Assembly (NCBI RefSeq): GCF_009914755.1
Contig: NC_060948.1
Strand: one strand, 5' to 3'
Length of the DNA stretch: 64,000 nucleotides
Source of the DNA: the human T2T-CHM13v2.0 reference genome, Homo sapiens
Below are positions 25,215-39,434 of the stretch, one piece after another; positions within the stretch are counted from its first letter, which is position 1; each line of letters opens with the position of its first letter. Position numbers and translations under genes: made by a program. Below the pieces are notes generated by a model. It ran no database searches, was not told the origin of the DNA, and worked only from the letters and a program-made list of their open reading frames with translations.

Positions 25215-28200
25215 ATTAAATCAAATCAATGGAATCAAATCAAATGGAATGGAAAGGAATTGAATGGAGTAGATGGGATTGGATGGGATTGGAATGAAAT
25301 GTACTGGAAAGGACTCGAATTTCATGAAACGGAATGGAATGAATTGGAACGGAATGGACTCGAATGGAATGGAATGTCATGGAATGGCATCAAATGGAAT
25401 GGCATCAAATGGAATGGAATCGAATGCAATGGAATGCTATGGAATGGAATGGAATGCATTGGAATGGAATGTCCTCTAATGGAATGGATTCGAGTGGAAT
25501 GGAATTGAATATAATGGAGTCGAATGAAATGGAATTGAAAGGAATGGGATCGAATACAATGGAATATATTGGAATGTAACGTAATGAACTCGAATGTAAT
25601 TGACTGGAATGGAATGTACATGAATGGAATGTGATCGAATGGAAAGTAGTCCAATGGAATAGAATCTAATGCAATAAAATCGACTCAGATAGAGTAGAAT
25701 GTAATGGAATGGAGTGCAGTGCAATGGAATGGAATGGAATGGAATGCAATGGAATGGAATGGAATGGAATGGAATGGAATGGAATGGAATGGAATGGGAT
25801 GGAATGGTATGGAATGGATAGTAATGGACTGGAGTGAAATGGACTGGAAAGGAATGGACTCAAATTGAAAGGGCTCGAAAGGAATGGAGTCAAATGGAAT
25901 GGTCTGGAATGGAATGAACACGAATGTAATGCAACCCAATAGAATGGAATCGAATGGCATGGAATATAAAGAAATGGAATCGAAGAGAATGGAAACAAAT
26001 GGAATGGAATTGAATGGAATGGAATTGAATGGAATGGGAACGAATGGAGTGAAATTGTATGCAGTAGAAGGGAATAGAATGGAATGCAAGCGAAAGGAAA
26101 GGAATGGATTGGAATGGAATGGAATTCATTGGAATGGAAGGGAATGTAGTGTAATGGACAGGCCTGGAATAAAGTGGAATGCTACGGTCTCGAATGGAAT
26201 AAAAATGTATGGAATGGAATGCAATGAAACGGAATCGAATGTCATAGAATGTAATGGAATGCAAAAAAATGGAATCCAAAATCATTGACTGGAAAGGCTG
26301 GGTGTCGAAAGGAATTGACTCCAATGGAATGGAATCGAATGGAATGGAAGTGAATAGAATCGAACTAAATCGAATGGAATGGAATTGATAGGAACGGAAT
26401 GGAAAGGAATGCAATGATTTGGCATGGAATGGAATCGAATGGCATCGAATGGAATGGAATGGAATGCAATGGAATGGAATGTATTAGAATGTAATGAACT
26501 TTAATGGAATGTACTCGAATGGATTCGACTGGAATGGAATGTTCTGGAAGTGAATGGACTCCAATGGAATGGATTCAAAAGGAATGGAATCGTACGGAAT
26601 GGAATCTAATGGAATGCAATTAAATGGAAATGAATCAAATTGAATAGCACGGAATTGAATTGAATGGAATGGAATGCAATGGAATCTAATGAAACGGAAA
26701 GGAAAGGAATGGAATGGAATGGAATGGGCTGGAATGGAAAGGAATCGAAACGAATGGAATGGAATCGAACTGAAGAGACTGGAATGGAATGCACTGGAAT
26801 GGAAGGGAGTGTAATGGAAGGTTCTCGAAAAAAAAGGAATCGAATGGAATGGAATTGAATGGAACGGAATAGAGTCGAATGGAATTGAATGGAATGGAAT
26901 GGACTAGAGTGAAATGGAATCGAACCACAAGGAATGGACAGGAATAGAATGGTCTCGAATTGAATGGAATCGTATGGAATGGCATCAAACGGAATGGAAT
27001 GGACAGCCACGGAATGGAATGCACTCGAATGCAATGGAGTGGAAACTAATGGACTGGAATAGAATGGACTCGACTGGTACGGACTCCAATGGAATGGAAT
27101 CGAATGGAAGGGAATCGAACGGAAGGGAATCGAACGGAATGGACTCGAAGGGAAAAGACTGCAATGGAAAGGTCTCGAATGGAATGGAAATTAATGGAAT
27201 GGAATGGAATCGAATGAAATGGAGTCAAAAGGAATGGAATCGAATGGCAAGAAATCGAATGTAATGGAATCGCCAGGAATTGATGTGAACGGAACGGAAT
27301 GGAATGGAATCCAAAGGAATGGAATAGAATGGAATGGAATCGAATGGAAAGGACTCGAATGGAAATCACTCGAATAGAATGCAATTTAATAAAATAGGAT
27401 CAAATGTAATGGAATGGAATGGAAAGGAATCGAAACGAAAGGAATGGAGACAGATGGAATGGAATGGAACAGAGAGCAATGGTATAGAATGGAATGGAAT
27501 CATCTGGAATGGAATTGAATGGAATGGAATAATATGAAATGGAATGGAATGGAATGGAATGGAATGCCCTTGAATTAAATGGACTGGAATGGAATGGACT
27601 CAAACAGAGTGGAATGGAAAGTGTGGAGATAGAATGGAATGAACTCCTTTGGAATGGTCTAGTAGGCAATGCAATCGACTGGCAGGGAATCAAAAGGAAT
27701 GTAATCGAATGGATTGGACTGGAATGCAATGGACTCGAATAGATTGGAAACGGAATGCAAAGAATGGAATGGAATAGTATGGAATGGAATGGAAAGGAAT
27801 GGAGTGGAACAGACTAGAGTGGAATGGAATGGACTGGAAAGCAATGGACTGGAATGGAACTTTCTTGAATGGACTGGAATCAAACGGAATGGAATGCAAT
27901 GCAATCAAATGGCATGGAATAAAATAGAATGAAAGAGAATCAAATGGAATTGAATCGAATGGAATCGAATGGATTGGAAAGGAATAGAATGGAATGGAAT
28001 GGAATTGACTCAAATGTAATGGACTAGAATGGAATGGATTCGAATGGAAGGCAAAGAAATGGAATCTATTGGAATGGACTGTAATGGAATGGAATGGAAG
28101 GGATTGGAATGGACTCGAATGGAATGGACTGCAATAGAAAGGATTCGAATGGAATGAAAAAGAATTGAATGGAATAGAACAGAATGGAATCAAATCGAAT

Positions 28201-28797
28201 GAAATGGAATGGAATAGAAAGGAATGGAATGAAATGGAATGGAAAGGATTCGAATGGAATGCAATCGAATGGAATGGAATCGAACGGAATGGAATAAAAT
28301 GGAAGAAAACTGGCAAGAAATGGAATCGAAATGAATGGAGTGTTATGGAACGGACTCAAAAGGAATTGAATGTAATAGAATGGAGTGGAGTGGACTCGAA
28401 TATAATGGACTGGAATGGAATGAAATCACATGGAATGGGAACGAATGGAATGGAATGGAAAGGAATGGAATCGAATGGAAAGGAATCGAATGGAAGGGAA
28501 TGAAATTGAATCAACAGGAATGGAAGGGAATAGAATAGACGGTAATGGAATGGACTCGAATAGAATGGACACGAATGCTCAAATTAAATGGACTCGAATG
28601 GAATGGAAACGAAAGGAATGTCATCGAATGGAATTGAATCGATTGGAATGAAATCGCATAGAATGGAGTGGAATCAAATGGAATTGAATCGAAAGGAAAG
28701 GAAGCGAATGGACTGAAATGAAATGGAATGGAATTGAATGGAAAGTAATGCAATGGAATAGAATGGAACGAAATTTCACGGAATGGAATCAAACTGA
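25215..28797 (+). repeat. DYZ1 unit 8 (3583 bp)
   Basis: Spacing 25273 to 28856. Confidence 0.9.
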
Positions 28798-31700
28798 ATG
28801 GAATCAAATCAATGGAATCAAATCAAATGGAATGGAAAGGAATTGAATGGAGTAGATGGGATTGGATGGGATTGGAATGAAATGTACTGGAAAGGACTCG
28901 AATTTCATGAAACGGAATGGAATGAATTGGAACGGAATGGACTCGAATGGAATGGAATGTCATGGGATGGCATCAAATGGAATGGCATCAAATGGAATGG
29001 AATCGAATGCAATGGAATGCTATGGAATGGAATGGAATGCATTGGAATGGAATGTCCTCTAATGGAATGGATTCGAGTGGAATGGAATTGAATATAATGG
29101 AGTCGAATGAAATGGAATTGAAAGGAATGGGATCGAATACAATGGAATATACTGGAATGTAACGTAATGAACTCGAATGTAATTGACTGGAATGGAATGT
29201 ACATGAATGGAATGTAATCGAATGGAAAGTAATCCAATGGAATAGAATCTAATGCAATAAAATCGACTCAGATAGAGTAGAATGTAATGGAATGGAGTGC
29301 AGTGCAATGGAATGGAATGGAATGGAATGCAATGGAATGGAATGGAATGGAATGGAATGGAATGGAATGGAATGGAATGGGATGGAATGGTATGGAATGG
29401 ATAGTAATGGACTGGAGTGAAATGGACTGGAAAGGAATGGACTCAAATTGAAAGGGCTCGAAAGGAATGGAGTCAAATGGAATGGTCTGGAATGGAATGA
29501 ACACGAATGTAATGCAACCCAATAGAATGGAATCGAATGGCATGGAATATAAAGAAATGGAATCGAAGAGAATGGAAACAAATGGAATGGAATTGAATGG
29601 AATGGAATTGAATGGAATGGGAACGAATGGAGTGAAATTGTATGCAGTAGAAGGGAATAGAATGGAATGCAAGCGAAAGGAAAGGAATGGATTGGAATGG
29701 AATGGAATTCATTGGAATGGAAGGGAATGTAGTGTAATGGACAGGCCTGGAATAAAGTGGAATGCTACGGTCTCGAATGGAATAAAAATGTATGGAATGG
29801 AATGCAATGAAACGGAATCGAATGTCATAGAATGTAATGGAATGCAAAAAAATGGAATCCAAAATCATTGACTGGAAAGGCTGGGTGTCGAAAGGAATTG
29901 ACTCCAATGGAATGGAATCGAATGGAATGGAAGTGAATAGAATCGAACTAAATCGAATGGAATGGAATTGATAGGAACGGAATGGAAAGGAATGCAATGA
30001 TTTGGCATGGAATGGAATCGAATGGCATCGAATGGAATGGAATGGAATGCAATGGAATGGAATGTATTAGAATGTAATGAACTTTAATGGAATGTACTCG
30101 AATGGATTCGACTGGAATGGAATGTTCTGGAAGTGAATGGACTCCAATGGAATGGATTCAAAAGGAATGGAATCGTACGGAATGGAATCTAATGGAATGG
30201 AATTAAATGGAAATGAATCAAATTGAATAGCACGGAATTGAATTGAATGGAATGGAATGCAATGGAATCTAATGAAACGGAAAGGAAAGGAATGGAATGG
30301 AATGGAATGGGCTGGAATGGAAAGGAATCGAAACGAATGGAATGGAATCGAACTGAAGAGACTGGAATGGAATGCACTGGAATGGAAGGGAGTGTAATGG
30401 AAGGTTCTCGAAAAAAATGGAATCGAATGGAATGGAATTGAATGGAACGGAATAGAGTCGAATGGAATTGAATGGAATGGAATGGACTAGAGTGAAATGG
30501 AATCGAACCACAAGGAATGGACAGGAATAGAATGGTCTCGAATTGAATGGAATCGTATGGAATGGCATCAAACGGAATGGAATGGACAGCCACGGAATGG
30601 AATGCACTCGAATGCAATGGAGTGGAAACTAATGGACTGGAATAGAATGGACTCGACTGGTACGGACTCCAATGGAATGGAATCGAATGGAAGGGAATCG
30701 AACGGAAGGGAATCGAACGGAATGGACTCGAAGGGAAAAGACTGCAATGGAAAGGTCTCGAATGGAATGGAAATTAATGGAATGGAATGGAATCGAATGA
30801 AATGGAGTCAAAAGGAATGGAATCGAATGGCAAGAAATCGAATGTAATGGAATCGCCAGGAATTGATGTGAACGGAACGGAATGGAATGGAATCCAAAGG
30901 AATGGAATAGAATGGAATGGAATCGAATGGAAAGGACTCGAATGGAAATCACTCGAATAGAATGCAATTTAATAAAATAGGATCAAATGTAATGGAATGG
31001 AATGGAAAGGAATCGAAACGAAAGGAATGGAGACAGATGGAATGGAATGGAACAGAGAGCAATGGTATAGAATGGAATGGAATCATCTGGAATGGAATTG
31101 AATGGAATGGAATAATATGAAATGGAATGGAATGGAATGGAATGGAATGCCCTTGAATTAAATGGACTGGACTCGAACAGAGTGGAATGGAAAGTGTTGA
31201 GATAGAATGGAATGGACTCCTTTGGAATGGTCTAGTATGCAATGCAATCGACTGGCAGGGAATCAAAAGGAATGTAATCGAATGGATTGGACTGGAATGC
31301 AATGGACTCGAATAGATTGGAAACGGAATGCAAAGGAATGGAATGGAATAGTATGGAATGCAATGGAAGGGAATGGAGTGGAATAGACTAGAGTGGAATG
31401 GAATGGACTGGAAAGCAATGGACTGGAATGGAACTTTCTTGGATGGACTGGAATCAAACGGAATGGAATGCAATGCAATCAAATGGCATGGAATAAAATA
31501 GAATGAAAGAGAATCAAATGGAATTGAATCGAATGGAATCGAATGGATTGGAAAGGAATAGAATGGAATGGAATGGAATTGACTCAAATGGAATGGACTA
31601 GAATGGAATGGATTCGAATGGAAGGCAAAGGAATGGAATCTATTGGAATGGACTGTAATGGAATGGAATGGAAGGGATTGGAATGGACTCGAATGGAATG

Positions 31701-32371
31701 GACTGCAATAGAAAGGATTCGAATGGAATGAAAAAGAATTGAATGGAATAGAACAGAATGGAATCAAATCGAATGAAATGGAATGGAATAGAAAGGAATG
31801 GAATGAAATGGAATGGAAAGGATTCGAATGGAATGCAATCGAATGGAATGGAATCGAACGGAATGGAATAAAATGGAAGAAAACTGGCAAGAAATGGAAT
31901 CGAAATGAATGGAGTGTTATGGAACGGACTCAAAAGGAATTGAATGTAATAGAATGGAGTGGAGTGGACTCGAATATAATGGACTGGAATGGAATGAAAT
32001 CACATGGAATGGGAACGAATGGAATGGAATGGAAAGGAATGGAATCGAATGGAAAGGAATCGAATGGAAGGGAATGAAATTGAATCAACAGGAATGGGAG
32101 GGAATAGAATAGACTGTAATGGAATGGACTCGAATAGAATGTACACGAATCCTCAAATTAAATGGACTCGAATGGAATGGAAACGAAAGGAATGTCATCG
32201 AATGGAATTGAATCGATTGGAATGAAATCGCATAGAATGGAGTGGAATCAAATGGAATTGAATCGAAAGGAAAGGAAGCGAATGGACTGAAATGAAATGG
32301 AATGGAATTGAATGGAAAGTAATGCAATGGAATAGAATGGAACGAAATTTCACGGAACGGAATCAAACTGA
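28798..32371 (+). repeat. DYZ1 unit 9 (3574 bp)
   Basis: Spacing 28856 to 32430. Confidence 0.9.
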
Positions 32372-35300
32372 ATTAAATCAAATCAATGGAATCAAATCAA
32401 ATGGAATGGAAAGGAATTGAATGGAGTAGATGGGATTGGATGGGATTGGAATGAAATGTACTGGAAAGGACTCGAATTTCATGAAACGGAATGGAATGAA
32501 TTGGAACGGAATGGACTCGAATGGAATGGAATGTCATGGAATGGCATCAAATGGAATGGCATCAAATGGAATGGAATCGAATGCAATGGAATGCTATGGA
32601 ATGGAATGGAATGCATTGGAATGGAATGTCCTCTAATGGAATGGATTCGAGTGGAATGGAATTGAATATAATGGAGTCGAATGAAATGGAATTGAAAGGA
32701 ATGGGATCGAATACAATGGAATATATTGGAATGTAACGTAATGAACTCGAATGTAATTGACTGGAATGGAATGTACATGAATGGAATGTGATCGAATGGA
32801 AAGTAGTCCAATGGAATAGAATCTAATGCAATAAAATCGACTCAGATAGAGTAGAATGTAATGGAATGGAGTGCAGTGCAATGGAATGCAATGGAATGGA
32901 ATGGAATGGAATGGAATGGGATGGAATGGTATGGAATGGATAGTAATGGACTGGAGTGAAATGGACTGGAAAGGAATGGACTCAAATTGAAAGGGCTCGA
33001 AAGGAATGGAGACAAATGGAATGGTCTGGAATGGAATGAACACGAATGTAATGCAATCCAATAGAATGGAGTCGAATGGCATGGAATATAAAGAAATGGA
33101 ATCGAAGAGAATGGAAACAAATGGAATGGAATTGAATGGAATGGAATTGAATGGAATGGGAACGAATGGAGTGAAATTGTATGCAGTAGAAGAGAATAGA
33201 ATGGAATGCAAGCGAAAGGAAAGGAATGGATTGGAATGGAATGGAATTCATTGGAATGGAAGGGAATGTAGTGTAATGGACAGGCCTGGAATAAAGTGGA
33301 ATGCTACGGTCTCGAATGGAATAAAAATGTATGGAATGGAATGCAATGAAACGGAATCGAATGTCATAGAATGTAATGGAATGCAAAAAAATGGAATCCA
33401 AAATCATTGACTGGAAAGGCTGGGTGTCGAAAGGAATTGACTCCAATGGAATGGAATCGAATGGAATGGAAGTGAATAGAATCGAACTAAATCGAATGGA
33501 ATGGAATTGATAGGAACGGAATGGAAAGGAATGCAATGATTTGTCATGGAATGGAATCGAATGGCATCGAATGGAATGGAATGGAATGCAATGGAATGGA
33601 ATGTATTAGAATGTAATGAACTTTAATGGAATGTACTCGAATGGATTCGACTGGAATGGAATGTTCTGGAAGTGAATGGACTCCAATGGAATGGATTCAA
33701 AAGGAATGGAATCGTACGGAATGGAATCTAATGGAATGGAATTAAATGGAAATGAATCAAATTGAATAGCACGGAATTGAATTGAATGGAATGGAATGCA
33801 ATGGAATCTAATGAAACGGAAAGGAAAGGAATGGAATGGAATGGAATGGGCTGGAATGGAAAGGAATCGAAACGAATGGAATGGAATCGAACTGAAGAGA
33901 CTGGAATGGAATGCACTGGAATGGAAGGGAGTGTAATGGAAGGTTCTCGAAAAAAATGGAATCGAATGGAATGGAATTGAATGGAACGGAATAGAGTCGA
34001 ATGGAATTGAATGGAATGGAATGGACTAGAGTGAAATGGAATCGAACCACAAGGAATGGACAGGAATAGAATGGTCTCGAATTGAATGGAATCGTATGGA
34101 ATGGCATCAAACGGAATGGAATGGACAGCCACGGAATGGAATGCACTCGAATGCAATGGAGTCGAAACTAATGGACTGGAATAGAATGGACTCGACTGGT
34201 ACGGACTCCAATGGAATGGAATCGAATGGAAGGGAATCGAACGGAATGGACTCGAAGGGAAAAGACTGCAATGGAAAGGTCTCGAATGGAATGGAAATTA
34301 ATGGAATGGAATGGAATCGAATGAAATGGAGTCAAAAGGAATGGAATCGATTGGCAAGAAATCGAATGTAATGGAATCGCAAGGAATTGATGTGAACGGA
34401 ACGGAATGGAATGGAATCCAAAGGAATGGAATAGAATGGAATGGAATCGAATGGAAAGGACTCGAATGGAAATCACTCGAATAGAATGCAATTTAATAAA
34501 ATAGGATCAAATGTAATGGAATGGAATGGAAAGGAATCGAAACGAAAGGAATGGAGACAGATGGAATGGAATGGAACAGAGAGCAATGGTATAGAATGGA
34601 ATGGAATCATCTGGAATGGAATTGAATGGAATGGAATAATATGAAATGGAATGGAATGGAATGGAATGGAATGCCCTTGAATTAAATGGACTGGACTCGA
34701 ACAGAGTGGAATGGAAAGTGTTGAGATAGAATGGAATGGACTCCTTTGGAATGGTCTAGTATGCAATGCAATCGACTGGCAGGGAATCAAAAGGAATGTA
34801 ATGGAATGGATTGGACTGGAATGCAATGGACTCGAATAGATTGGAAACGGAATGCAAAGGAATGGAATGGAATAGTATGGAATGGAATGGAAAGGAATGG
34901 AGTGGAATAGACTAGAGTGGAATGGAATGGACTGGAAAGCAATGGACTGGAATGGAACATTCTTGAATGGACTGGAATCAAACGGAATGGAATGCAATGC
35001 AATCAAATGGCATGGAATAAAATAGAATGAAAGAGAATCAAATGGAATTGAATCGAATGGAATCGAATGGATTGGAAAGGAATAGAATGGAATGGAATGG
35101 AATTGACTCAAATGGAATGGACTAGAATGGAATGGATTCGAATGGAAGGCAAAGGAATGGAATCTATTGGAATGGACTGTAATGGAATGGAATGGAAAGG
35201 ATTGGAATGGACTCGAATGGAATGGACTGCAATAGAAAGGATTCGAATGGAATGAAAAAGAATTGAATGGAATAGAACAGAATGGAATCAAATCGAATGA

Positions 35301-35895
35301 AATGGAATGGAATAGAAAGGAATGGAATGAAATGGAATGGAAAGGATTCGAATGGAATGTAATCGAATGGAATGGAATCGAACGGAATGGAATAAAATGG
35401 AAGAAAACTGGCAAGAAATGGAATCGAAATGAATGGAGTGTTATGGAACGGACTCAAAAGGAATTGAATGTAATAGAATGGAGTGGAGTGGACTCGAATA
35501 TAATGGACTGGAATGGAATGAAATCACATGGAATGGGAACGAATGGAATGGAATGGAAAGGAATGGAATCGAATGGAAAGGAATCGAATGGAAGGGAATG
35601 AAATTGAATCAACAGGAATGGGAGGGAATAGAATAGACTGTAATGGAATGGACTCGAATAGAATGTACACGAATGCTCAAATTAAATGGACTCGAATGGA
35701 ATGGAAACGAAAGGAATGTCATCGAATGGAATTGAATCGATTGGAATGAAATCGCATAGAATGGAGTGGAATCAAATGGAATTGAATCGAAAGGAAAGGA
35801 AGCGAATGGACTGAAATGAAATGGAATGGAATTGAATGGAAAGTAATGCAATGGAATAGAATGGAACGAAATTTCACGGAATGGAATCAAACTGA
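32372..35895 (+). repeat. DYZ1 unit 10 (3524 bp)
   Basis: Spacing 32430 to 35954. Confidence 0.9.
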
Positions 35896-38800
35896 ATGGA
35901 ATCAAATCAATGGAATCAAATCAAATGGAATGGAAAGGAATTGAATGGAGTAGATGGGATTGGATGGGATTGGAATGAAATGTACTGGAAAGGACTCGAA
36001 TTTCATGAAACGGAATGGAATGAATTGGAACGGAATGGACTCGAATGGAATGGAATGTCATGGAATGGCATCAAATGGAATGGCATCAAATGGAATGGAA
36101 TCGAATGCAATGGAATGCTATGGAATGGAATGGAATGCATTGGAATGGAATGTCCTCTAATGGAATGGATTCGAGTGGAATGGAATTGAATATAATGGAG
36201 TCGAATGAAATGGAATTGAAAGGAATGGGATCGAATACAATGGAATATATTGGAATGTAACGTAATGAACTCGAATGTAATTGACTGGAATGGAATGTAC
36301 ATGAATGGAATGTGATCAAATGGAAAGTAGTCCAATGGAATAGAATCTAATGCAATAAAATCGACTCAGATAGAGTAGAATGTAATGGAATGGAGTGCAG
36401 TGCAATGGAATGGAATGGAATGGAATGCAATGGAATGGAATGGAATGGAATGGAATGGGATAGAATGGTATGGAATGGATAGTAATGGACTGGAGTGAAA
36501 TGGACTGGAAAGGAATGGACTCAAATTGAAAGGGCTCGAAAGGAATGGAGACAAATGGAATGGTCTGGAATGGAATGAACACGAATGTAATGCAATCCAA
36601 TAGAATGGAGTCGAATGGCATGGAATATAAAGAAATGGAATCGAAGAGAATGGAAACAAATGGAATGGAATTGAATGGAATGGAATTGAATGGAATGGGA
36701 ACGAATGGAGTGAAATTGTATGCAGTAGAAGAGAATAGAATGGAATGCAAGCGAAAGGAAAGGAATGGATTGGAATGGAATGGAATTCATTGGAATGGAA
36801 GGGAATGTAGTGTAATGGACAGGCCTGGAATAAAGTGGAATGCTACGGTCTCGAATGGAATAAAAATGTATGGAATGGAATGCAATGAAACGGAATCGAA
36901 TGTCATAGAATGTAATGGAATGCAAAAAAATGGAATCCAAAATCATTGACTGGAAAGGCTGGGTGTCGAAAGGAATTGACTCCAATGGAATGGAATCGAA
37001 TGGAATGGAAGTGAATAGAATCGAACTAAATCGAATGGAATGGAATTGATAGGAACGGAATGGAAAGGAATGCAATGATTTGTCATGGAATGGAATCGAA
37101 TGGCATCGAATGGAATGGAATGGAATGCAATGGAATGGAATGTATTAGAATGTAATGAACTTTAATGGAATGTACTCGAATGGATTCGACTGGAATGGAA
37201 TGTTCTGGAAGTGAATGGACTCCAATGGAATGGATTCAAAAGGAATGGAATCGTACGGAATGGAATCTAATGGAATGGAATTAAATGGAAATGAATCAAA
37301 TTGAATAGCACGGAATTGAATTGAATGGAATGGAATGCAATGGAATCTAATGAAACGGAAAGGAAAGGAATGGAATGGAATGGAATGGGCTGGAATGGAA
37401 AGGAATCGAAACGAATGGAATGGAATCGAACTGAAGAGACTGGAATGGAATGCACTGGAATGGAAGGGAGTGTAATGGAAGGTTCTCGAAAAAAATGGAA
37501 TCGAATGGAATGGAATTGAATGGAACGGAATAGAGTCGAATGGAATTGAATGGAATGGAATGGACTAGAGTGAAATGGAATCGAACCACAAGGAATGGAC
37601 AGGAATAGAATGGTCTCGAATTGAATGGAATCGTATGGAATGGCATCAAACGGAATGGAATGGACAGCCACGGAATGGAATGCACTCGAATGCAATGGAG
37701 TCGAAACTAATGGACTGGAATAGAATGGACTCGACTGGTACGGACTCCAATGGAATGGAATCGAATGGAAGGGAATCGAACGGAATGGACTCGAAGGGAA
37801 AAGACTGCAATGGAAAGGTCTCGAATGGAATGGAAATTAATGGAATGGAATGGAATCGAATGAAATGGAGTCAAAAGGAATGGAATCGATTGGCAAGAAA
37901 TCGAATGTAATGGAATCGCAAGGAATTGATGTGAACGGAACGGAATGGAATGGAATCCAAAGGAATGGAATAGAATGGAATGGAATCGAATGGAAAGGAC
38001 TCGAATGGAAATCACTCGAATAGAATGCAATTTAATAAAATAGGATCAAATGTAATGGAATGGAATGGAGAGGAATCGAAACGAAAGGAATGGAGACAGA
38101 TGGAATGGAATGGAACAGAGAGCAATGGTATAGAATGGAATGGAATCATCTGGAATGGAATTGAATGGAATGGAATAATATGAAATGGAATGGAATGGAA
38201 TGGAATGGAATGCCCTTGAATTAAATGGACTGGACTCGAACAGAGTGGAATGGAAAGTGTTGAGATAGAATGGAATGGACTCCTTTGGAATGGTCTAGTA
38301 TGCAATGCAATCGACTGGCAGGGAATCAAAAGGAATGTAATGGAATGGATTGGACTGGAATGCAATGGACTCGAATAGATTGGAAACGGAATGCAAAGGA
38401 ATGGAATGGAATAGTATGGAATGGAATGGAAAGGAATGGAGTGGAATAGACTAGAGTGGAATGGAATGGACTGGAAAGCAATGGACTGGAATGGAACATT
38501 CTTGAATGGACTGGAATCAAACGGAATGGAATGCAATGCAATCAAATGGCATGGAATAAAATAGAATGAAAGAGAATCAAATGGAATTGAATCGAATGGA
38601 ATCGAATGGATTGGAAAGGAATAGAATGGAATGGAATGGAATTGACTCAAATGGAATGGACTAGAATGGAATGGATTCGAATGGAAGGCAAAGGAATGGA
38701 ATCTATTGGAATGGACTGTAATGGAATGGAATGGAAAGGATTGGAATGGACTCGAATGGAATGGACTGCAATAGAAAGGATTCGAATGGAATGAAAAAGA

Positions 38801-39434
38801 ATTGAATGGAATAGAACAGAATGGAATCAAATCGAATGAAATGGAATGGAATAGAAAGGAATGGAATGAAATGGAATGGAAAGGATTCGAATGGAATGTA
38901 ATCGAATGGAATGGAATCGAACGGAATGGAATAAAATGGAAGAAAACTGGCAAGAAATGGAATCGAAATGAATGGAGTGTTATGGAACGGACTCAAAAGG
39001 AATTGAATGTAATAGAATGGAGTGGAGTGGACTCGAATATAATGGACTGGAATGGAATGAAATCACATGGAATGGGAACGAATGGAATGGAATGGAAAGG
39101 AATGGAATCGAATGGAAAGGAATCGAATGGAAGGGAATGAAATTGAATCAACAGGAATGGGAGGGAATAGAATAGACTGTAATGGAATGGACTCGAATAG
39201 AATGTACACGAATGCTCAAATTAAATGGACTCGAATGGAATGGAAACGAAAGGAATGTCATCGAATGGAATTGAATCGATTGGAATGAAATCGCATAGAA
39301 TGGAGTGGAATCAAATGGAATTGAATCGAAAGGAAAGGAAGCGAATGGACTGAAATGAAATGGAATGGAATTGAATGGAAAGTAATGCAATGGAATAGAA
39401 TGGAACGAAATTTCACGGAATGGAATCAAACTGA
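35896..39434 (+). repeat. DYZ1 unit 11 (3539 bp)
   Basis: Landmark spacing 36003 to 39542. Confidence 0.9.
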
